From Eledone cirrhosa (Eukaryota), in NCBI GenBank assembly GCA_964016885.1, contig OZ024757.1, positions 11,036,001 through 11,100,000 on the forward strand: a stretch of DNA of 64,000 bases, given 5' to 3'. Shown here piece after piece: positions 55,691 to 64,000 of this stretch. The notes beneath the pieces were generated by a model. The model had not been told where the DNA came from and searched no databases. It saw only the letters and a program-made list of their open reading frames with translations. Each line of letters starts with the position of its first letter. The first letter of the stretch is position 1. The position numbers and the translations under genes are program-made.

Positions 55691-57451
55691 ATCCAAGTTG
55701 ATCAGGGCCCCACCAAAGCCGGGTTCATTCCCTACCCTCTCTATGATGTATCGCATAAGGTGGAGATTGTCGTGAATGGACCTGGACGGGATTGCGCATG
55801 TCTGCGCTTCTCCCACCAGGTTTCCGACGACAAGCGCCAACCTCTTCGCTAACACCTTGGCCAAAATCTTTAACTCTGTATTTAGCAGAGTTATGGGCCT
55901 GAAGTTACTTATGTCATCCCCCTTGTTCTCATCCTTCCTCACCAGCGTAACTACGCCCTTGGTCACAGAACTGGGAATTCTCCCGTTCTGCTGCCAGTTG
56001 CAGTAGACCGCTTCGAGGATATCGGAGAACAAGTCCGGCATCGCTACATATAGCTCGTATGGTAGACCATCGAGACCCGGGGATTTGCGTTTGCCGCATT
56101 GGCTCAGCGCCGCCCCTATCTCAGCAGCTGAAATCGTCCTTTCGCAGGACTTCGCCTCCGCATCCGAGAGGCGCGGCAGACCGTCGAGGTATGGATTGAA
56201 ATCCATAGTCTCACCCGGCACGCCGCCCTTCTCGAACAGTCGTGCAAAGTGCCGCTGAAAGGCCGCACACATCTGCCCAGGTTCAAGGATCACACGCCCA
56301 TCCTGGTCCTTCAAAGAATGAATCGTGGACTTGTTCCCACTTTTTGCCTCTGTCACTCGGGCCCAGCTCACAGCTTTGGCTCCCTCATTACCCAGAGCAC
56401 TTATTTTACTCCTGACAACGCAGCCTTCATGCTTCACCTCAAAGAAATGGTCTAAGGCCATTCTTGATGCCAGCACGCCGGCTACATTGCCACTCCTAAT
56501 CGCCTCTTCTACTCTATCTACTAATTCCCTTTCCGTCTTGTTCCTATCCCTTGCTAATTCCTGACTAAAACCTATCGATTCTATTCTAATTGCTCTCTTA
56601 AGAGAGCTCCACCACCTGTTGTTGACAATTGCCCCTGTCAAACTCTGCTTAACTAACGTGCTAATCCGTTTACTGTAAGCTTTGCTTGTCGGTAAGGACA
56701 AGTTCAGCTTCCAGTAACCGGGTCCCTGTCTATGGGTTCTATCAAGGTTGGCTATGCAGGTCACTAACTTGTGTTCCGAATAGTCAACCATGAACATTTT
56801 TGGACAGCTAAATGTGTCCCTATCCTTCTCTCTAACTAGGACCCTATCTAGGTACGACCTAGATGTTCCACTGCGATTGGTCCACGTCCATAGTGGTACA
56901 GTCGGAAAATCTAGTCGATATCTATCGGCCAGGTCAAATCGGCCGATTAACCTTTTGAGGCTTTTACACCCCCCTCTATTGGCACATGCCCCTACATAGT
57001 CCCAACGTGCATCCAGGATACCATTCCAGTCCCCCACTAAAAGCAAGGAGCGGGACGTTCCCAGAAAAGTTTCCAGACGTTGAAAGTATTCCGGCCGCGC
57101 TGCCCAAAAAGGGGCGTACACAGCTATTAGTCTAAGGGCTCCACTTTCACTACTGCCGACGTCTAAAACCACCAGTCGACCCTCCGGGTCCAGGTGCACC
57201 TTCTGTATGGCGAGGCCCAGGTGTTTTCGCAGCAGAACGACAACTCCACCCCCACCCCCCGGTTGACAGAGAGATACGAAGATCTCAAAGTCGTCGAAGA
57301 GGGGCGCCAGTTGGTGCTCGCTGCTGATCCTGGACTCGCAAATAGCCATTACATCCATTCTATGCGACCTGAGATCGTTTAAAAGTTTGCCTTGTTTCCA
57401 AGACAGTCCCAGGCCACGTACATTCAGACACCCAACTCTTATATCAGCCAT
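55691..57451 (-). pseudogene. ORF2 N-terminal part: APE-like endonuclease and truncated reverse transcriptase
   Basis: Open frame 57451->55613 with motifs LNVRGL, CESR, VYAP, GDWN, SYLDRV, SEH, GPGYWKLN, KSPGLDGLPYELY, NFRPITLLNTELKILAK, AQTC, LINLD; RT homology stops at 55691, no YADD motif. Confidence 0.92.
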
Positions 57452-57472
57452 GTTGGTTAAAAGAGGAAGGAC

Positions 57473-59212
57473 CTACCTGTTCGGCTCCTGAGGAGCAGGT
57501 TGCACAATATCCATGGGCGTATTGGAGGGGTTGTTTGGTGGGGTGTTGTTCTGTGGTGGAGTGGGGGTGTTTGGTGAGGTGTGGGTGGGGAAACGTTTCA
57601 AGAGGACGCGGTTATAGGGTCGAGTACATGTTTTCCCCACGTTCTCAGGAAAGTTCTCTCTTAGTTTTGCATAGGTGTCCATTGGGAGTCTTATCATTTT
57701 TAAATGCGGTTTGTTGGCCGCGATTGCAAAAATTGCCCTTCAGTTTCCACCGAAGGGTCTTTGTGTATTGTTTTTACTAGTTCTTTGTTATTTGTGTTAA
57801 TGTATGTATACTGTTTTATTTGTGTTGTGTTTGTTTGTTGTTCTTGTGTGTGCTTACGTTTTGTTGTATGTGTTATGTTTTAGAGTGGGGCGGATTTTGT
57901 TTGTTCTGTTTGTTTTGTTTTTGTTGGTGGTTGTGTGTTTGTTTCGTTTATGTTCGAGTGGTGCTTTCTTTTTTTCCTTTTTACAGGTTGAAAGGGTCCC
58001 CCCTCTTCGTCACTAGGTGCCGTTTCAGCTGGGTCCTCGTCCGTGCTGTCGGGTAGTGGTGTATTTTGGGGTTTTGTTGTGTTTGTGTGTGTTTTGGGAG
58101 TTGTTTTGGGTGGGGCCGTGTCTTGTCTTATTTTTCCGTGTTGTTTTTGTTGTTGTTGTGGTGGTGGTGGTGGAGGTGGTGGTGGCGGTGGTGGTGTGTG
58201 GGGTGTAGGCAAAAGAGCCTTTTTTTTGTCAATTGAGGACAGGCAGCCCCTAGATGACCCCTGCTTGAGCTTGAACAGTAGTAACATATGGGCCTCCTAC
58301 CCTCGGCTGAAATGTATATAAATGTTTCTCCACCGAGGGACACCCTCTGTGGTATTCTAGCTATTCGTTCTGGTCTCATTTGGACCAGAACCTCCACGCT
58401 CAAACCGCCGAAAACGTCTGTGGTGACTTCTCTTCTCCTGCTGAGAGGATTCCGTCCTCGTCTTCTAAAAATCCTGTTAGTACCCAGGAAATGCATGCAT
58501 TTGGCCGGATTCCGGAGACCCTTATTTTCTGCGTTCTTTTCCCTAAATATGTGGGGGAAAATGTGTGTAGCTTGGAAACAATTGGCGCCACAGAGTATTT
58601 CCTGGCCGTCAATTGATCCTTCATTAGCACCGTTATATTCCCATAGTGTGGCCCTTTTTGTATGAACGATATATCACTCCACACATTTTTTAGGACCAGT
58701 TCAATTTCTTTTTGGGATAATTGAGTTGGTTTCCTTGTTATGTTGGAAATTGTTCTGAAAGATATCGTTCTTAGTGTCGTGTCTCTTTTGATTTCTTGTG
58801 GGGAGGTGATTGTGAAGTCTCCTCCTTCTTTGAAAGTTACATACTGTTTTGCTTCCTTCATCTTTTCTCTCAGAGTTGTAATGTCCAGTTGCTTGCAGGT
58901 CTGTGTTTTCCGGACCGCCTGTGCAAAGGAGGCACCAGTAGTGGGTTCGCTTTGTTTGGTGTTATCGTTATTTTTTCCTTGGTTGGTGTTGTGACTATTG
59001 CTGTTATTGTCATTGTTGTTTTTGTCTGCGTTTATGTGACTTTCTGGGTTTTCACCCATTTTTACAAATTTTTCTTTTAATTCCGTGTTCCATGTTTCTT
59101 TTGCAGAAGTGAGGAGGGAAGACTTAGAGCCTTGTGCTTCTAGCTTCCCTGTATCACCTTTCTTAGGGGGCGTGGCTTTCTTGTTAGAATGAGATGTGAA
59201 AATTCCGTCCAT
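57473..59212 (-). pseudogene. ORF1 (gag-like nucleic-acid-binding protein), broken into several frames
   Basis: Probable ATG at 59212 (MDGIFTSH); pieces 58400-59305, 58128-58496, 57880-58287 and 57473-57697 can be joined by frameshifts (about 58445 and the T-run at about 58220); CCHC knuckle and Pro/Thr/Lys-rich tail; stops 21 bp before the ORF2 ATG. Confidence 0.8.
58138..58198. repeat. (TGT)n/(GGT)n microsatellite encoding poly-Pro/poly-Gln within ORF1
   Basis: GTTGTTGTTGTGGTGGTGGTGGTGGAGGTGGTGGTGGCGGTGGTGGT on the + strand. Confidence 0.8.
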
Positions 59213-59422
59213 TTCTATTAGTTTGCCGTAATAAATTTTAAATTGGAAAATTCGCCCCAAAAAGGGCCGAAAATAAATAAACTCAAAGTTTGACCAACAA
59301 GGCAAGGGGTTAATGTATATTACAGTATAAAAAAATTAATCAAAACTCACTTTTGAGTAAGTAAATCCAACTCGGTAGCCGAGCTTGTTCACACACGTCA
59401 ATACACGTCTCTCGTATACGAG

Positions 59423-59892
59423 ATGTTATGTGAGATATTATGTGAGGTAAAGCCTTTACTGTGAAAATACAATAATATATATAGAGGAATGTAAATGTTA
59501 TGTGAGATATTATGTGAGGTAAAGCCTTTACTGTTAATATATAAAAGTATATGTAGAGTAATGTAAATATTATGTGAGGTAACGCCTTTACCATGAATTT
59601 ACAATAGTATATATAGAGTAATGTAAATGTTATGTGAGATATCATGTGAGGTAAAGTTTTACTGTGAAAATACACTAGTAATGTAAATGTTATGTGAGAT
59701 ATTATGTGAGGTAAACCTTTACCATGAAAATACAATAGTATATATAGAGTAATATAAATGTTATGTGAGATATTATGTGAGGTAAAGCCTTTACTGTGAA
59801 AATACAATAGTAATGTAAATGTTATGTGAGGAATTATGTGAGGTAAAGCCTTTAGCGTGAAAATACAATAGTATATATAGAGTAATGTAAAT
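59423..59892. repeat. 72-bp minisatellite, right part (about 7 units, some with internal deletions)
   Basis: Same unit and orientation as 54945-55079. Confidence 0.92.
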
Positions 59893-60018
59893 ACTAAAGG
59901 GTAAAACCAGAAGTTCTCTACTTTTTTGGACCATTGCCCCTCTGATGGCCACAAAATACCCTCAGCTTTCCCCAGTGCTATTTCTAGGCAGACCTACCTA
60001 CATGCAAATAATATACAT

Positions 60019-63000
60019 AGTATAGGTCAAATGGGAAATTATAACACAACCCTTTCAGTGAATCCCTTTAGTATAGTTCAAATGGGAAATTATAACACAA
60101 CCATATCAGTGAAGCCCTTTAGTATAGGTCAACTGGGAAATTGTAACATATATAACCCTATCAGTGAAGCCCTTTAGTATAGGTCAACTGGGGAATTATA
60201 ACATTTACAACCCTATCAGTGTAGCACTTTAGTATAGGTCAACTGGAGAATTATAACACAACCCTTTCAGTGAAACCCTTTAGTATAGGTCAAATGGGAA
60301 ATTATAACACAACCCTTTCAGTGCAGCCCTTTAGTATAGGTCAACTGGGGAATTATAACATATATAACCCTATCAGTGAAGCCCTTTAGTATAGGTCAAC
60401 TGGTGAATTATAACACATATAACCCTATCAGTGAAGCCCTTTAGTATAGGTCAACTGGGGAATTATAACATATGTAACCCTATCAGTAAAGCCCTTTAGT
60501 ATAGGTCAACAGGGGAATTGTAACATATATAACCCTATCAGTGAAGCCCTTTAGTATAGGTCAACTGGGAAAATATAACATATATAACCCTATCAGTGAA
60601 GCCCCTTAATATAGGTCAACTGGGGTATTATAACATATAACCCTATCATTGAAGCCCTTTAGGATAGGTCAACTTTGAAATATGTAAGCCTATCAGTAAA
60701 GCCCTTTAGTATAGGTCAACTGGGGAATTGTAACATATATAACCCTATCAGTGAAGCCCTTTAGTATAGGTCAACTGGGAAATTATAACACATATAACCC
60801 TATCAGTGAAGCCCTTTAGTAGAGGTCAACAGGGGAATTATAACATATAACCCTATCAGTGAAGCCCTTTAGGATAGGTCAACTGTAAAATTATACACAT
60901 ATAACCCTATCAGTGAAGCACTTTAATATAGGTAAAATGGGGTATTATAACATATAACCCTATCAGTGAAGCCCTTTAGTATAGGTCAACTGGTGAATTA
61001 TAACATATAACCCTATTAGTGAAGCCCTTTAGTATAGGTCAACTAGGGGATTATAACATATAACCCTATCAGTGAAGCCCTTTAGTATAGGTTAACTGGG
61101 GAATTATAACACAACCCTATCAGTGAAGCCCTTTAGTATAGGTCGATTGGGGAATTATAACACATAACCCTATCAGTGAAGCCCTTTAGTATAGGTCAAC
61201 TGGTAAATTATAACATATATAATCCTATCAGTGAAGCCCTTTAGTATAGGTCAACTGGGGAATTATAACAAATATAACCCTATCAGTGAAGCCCTTTAAT
61301 ATAGGTCAACTGGGGTATTATAACATATAACCCTATCAGTGAAGCCCTTCAGGATAGGTCAACTTGGAAATTATAACATATAAACCTATCAGTGATCCCT
61401 TTTATATAGGTCAACTGGGGAATTATGACATATACAACCTTATCAGTGAAGCCCTTTAGTATAGGTCAACTGGGAAATTATAACACACATAACCCTATCA
61501 GTAAAGCCCTTTAGTATAGGTCAACTGGGGAATTGTAACATATATAACCCTATCAGTGAAGCCCTTTAGTATAGGTCAACTGGTAAATTTTAACATATAA
61601 CCCTAGCAGTGAAGCTCTTTAATGTAGGTCAACTGGGAAGTTATAACATATAACCCTATCAGTGAAGCCTTTTAGTATAGGTCAACTGGGGAATTATAAC
61701 ATTTACAACCCTATCAGTGTAGCACTTTAGTATAGGTCAACTGGAGAATTATAACACAACCCTTTCAGTGAAACCCTTTAGTATAGGTCAAATGGGAAAT
61801 TATAACACAACCCTTTCAGTGCAGCCCTTTAGTATAGGTCAACTGGGGAATTATAACACACATAACCCTATCAGTAAAGCCCTTTAGTATAGGTCAACTG
61901 GGGAATTGTAACATATATAACCCTATCAGTGAAGCCCTTTAGTATAGGTCAACTGGTAAATATTAACATATAACCCTATCAGTGAAGCTCTTTAATGTAG
62001 GTCAACTGGGAAGTTATAACATATAACCCTAGCAGTGAAGCCTTTTAGTAGAGGTCAACTGGGGAATTATAACACATGTAACGCTATCAGTGAAGCCCTT
62101 TAGTATAGGTCAACTGGGGAATTATAACACATATAACCCTATCAGTGAAGCCCTTTAGTATAGGTCAACTGGGGAATTATAACAGACATAACCCTATCAG
62201 TGAAGTCCTTTAGTACAGGTCAACTGGGAAATTTTAACATATAACCCTATCAGTGAAGCTCTTTAATATAGGTCAACTGGGAAATTATAACGTATAACCC
62301 TAGCAGTGAAGCCTTTTAGTAGAGGTCAACTGGGGAATTATAACACATATAACCCTATCAGTGAAGCCCTTTAGTATAGGTCAACTGGGAAATTATAACA
62401 GTTAACCCTATCAGTGAAGCCCATTAATATAGTTCAACTGGGAAATTATAACATATATAACACTATCAGTGAAGCCCTTTAGTATAGGTCAACTGGGGAA
62501 TTATAACACAAACCTATCACTGAAGCCCTTTTGTATAGGTCAACAGGGGAATTATAACACAACCCTATCAGTGAAGCCCTTTAGTATAGGTCAAATGGGA
62601 AATTATAACACAACCCTATCAGTGAAGCCCTTTAGTATAGGTCAACTGGGAAATTGTAACATATATAACCCTATCATTGAAGCCCTCTAGTATAGGTCAA
62701 CTGGGGAATTATAACATATAACCCTATTAGTGAAGCCCTTTAGTATAGGTCAACTGGGGAATTGTAACACAACCCTATCAGTGAATCCCTTTAGTATAGG
62801 TCAACTGGGAAATTATAACATATATAACCCTATCAGTGAAGCCCCTTAATATAGGTCAACTGGGGTATTATAACATATAACCCTATCATTGAAGCCCTTT
62901 AGGATAGGTCAACTTGGAAATTATAACATATAAACCTATCAGTGATCCCTTTTATATAGGTCAACTGGGGAATTATCGCATATTCAACCATGTCAGTGAA

Positions 63001-64000
63001 GCCATTTAGTATAGGTCAACTGGGAAATTATATCATATATAACCCTATCAGTGAAGCCCTTTAGTATAGGTCAACTGGGGAATTATAACTCAACCCTATC
63101 AATGATGCCTTTTAGTATAGGTCAACTGGGAAATTATAACATATGACCCTATCAGTGAAGCCCTTTAGTATAGGTCAACTGGGGAATTGTAACATATATA
63201 ACCCTATCGCTGAAGCCGTTTAGTATAGGTCAACTGGGGAATTATAACATATAACCCTATCAGTGAAGCCCTTTAGGATAGGTCAACCGTAGAATTATAA
63301 CATATAACCCTATCAGTGAAGCCCTTTAGTATAGGTCAACTGGGTATTGTAACACAACCCTATCAGTGAATCCCTTTAGTATAGGTCAACTGGGGAATTA
63401 TAACATATAACCCTATCAGTGAAGCCCTTTAGTATAGGTCAACTAGGTCATTATAACATATAACCATATCAGTGAAGCCCTTTAGTATAGGTCAACTGGG
63501 GAATTATAACAAAACCCTATCAGTGAAGCCCTTTAGTATAGGTCAACTGGGGAATTATAACACATATAACCCTATCAGTGAAGCCCTTTAGTATAGGTCA
63601 ACTGGGGAATTATAAAATATAACCCTATCAGTGAAGCCCTTTAGTATAGGTCAACTGGGAAAGTATAACATATAACCCTATCAGTGAAGCTCTTTAATGT
63701 AGGTTAACTGGGAAGTTATAACATATAACCCTAGCAGTGAAGCCTTTTAGTATAGGTCAACTGGGGAATTATAACATTTACAACCCTATCAGTGTAGCAC
63801 TTTAGTATAGGTCAACTGGAGAATTATAACACAACCCTTTCAGTGAAACCCTTTAGTATAGGTCAAATGGGAAATTATAACACAACCCTTTCAGTGCAGC
63901 CCTTTAGTATAGGTCAACTGGGGAATTATAACATATATAACCCTATCAGTGAAACCCTTTAGTATAGGTCAACTGGGGAATTATAACATATATAACCCTA
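60019..64000. repeat. Second satellite, 51/53/55-bp monomers (about 75 copies), continues past right edge
   Basis: Consensus CCCTATCAGTGAAGCCCTTTAGTATAGGTCAACTGGGGAATTATAACA(TA/CA)nA; measured periods include 51 (60021-60072) and 53 (61021-61074). Confidence 0.97.

Larger units (their letters stand above)
55080..59422 (-). mobile_element. L1/Tx1-type non-LTR retrotransposon, both ends apparently present but internally deleted and frameshifted
   Basis: 5' UTR, ORF1 with zinc knuckle, 21-bp spacer, ORF2 with APE endonuclease and partial RT, ORF2 C-terminus, 3' UTR with AATAAA; bounded on both sides by the same 72-bp repeat. Confidence 0.92.

Noticed and set aside
55613-57451. Intact 612-aa protein-coding gene
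   Set aside because: The last 25 residues are out-of-frame read-through after a deletion, and the RT active site is missing.
55444-59080. Plus-strand ORFs over the LINE
   Set aside because: Antisense shadows of ORF1/ORF2 and low-complexity GT-rich sequence, with no recognisable motifs.
54805-59313. piggyBac-like composite element from TTAACCCTTT to AAGGGGTTAA enclosing the LINE
   Set aside because: Only a short imperfect match; the right motif lies inside the LINE 5' UTR and conflicts with the boundaries set by the split 72-bp array.
59340-59954. 204-aa hydrophobic repeat ORF
   Set aside because: Translation of the 72-bp (in-frame) minisatellite that crosses the LINE junction; no coding evidence.

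Overview
Eukaryotic, repeat-dominated window with no intact gene; the repeat motifs resemble mollusc/cephalopod repeats (recollection, unverified). Positions 1-53858 are one head-to-tail satellite of a 61-bp monomer (about 880 copies by length, running off the left edge) with layered higher-order repeats, including four near-identical 3928-bp (64-monomer) units. Main observation: the array runs without a break into the 3' coding end of a CR1/L2-like LINE ORF2 (minus strand). The monomer is exactly the LINE segment encoding WNKLPASVVSCRDTASFKTSM, bounded by two CATG motifs 61 bp apart, so the satellite is seen next to its probable retrotransposon source. A second, unamplified copy of the same LINE end follows. 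Further right, a decayed, internally deleted L1/Tx1-type element (55080-59422, minus) splits a 72-bp minisatellite, and a second 51-55-bp satellite fills 60019-64000. The short ORFs within the arrays are artefacts of repeat translation.
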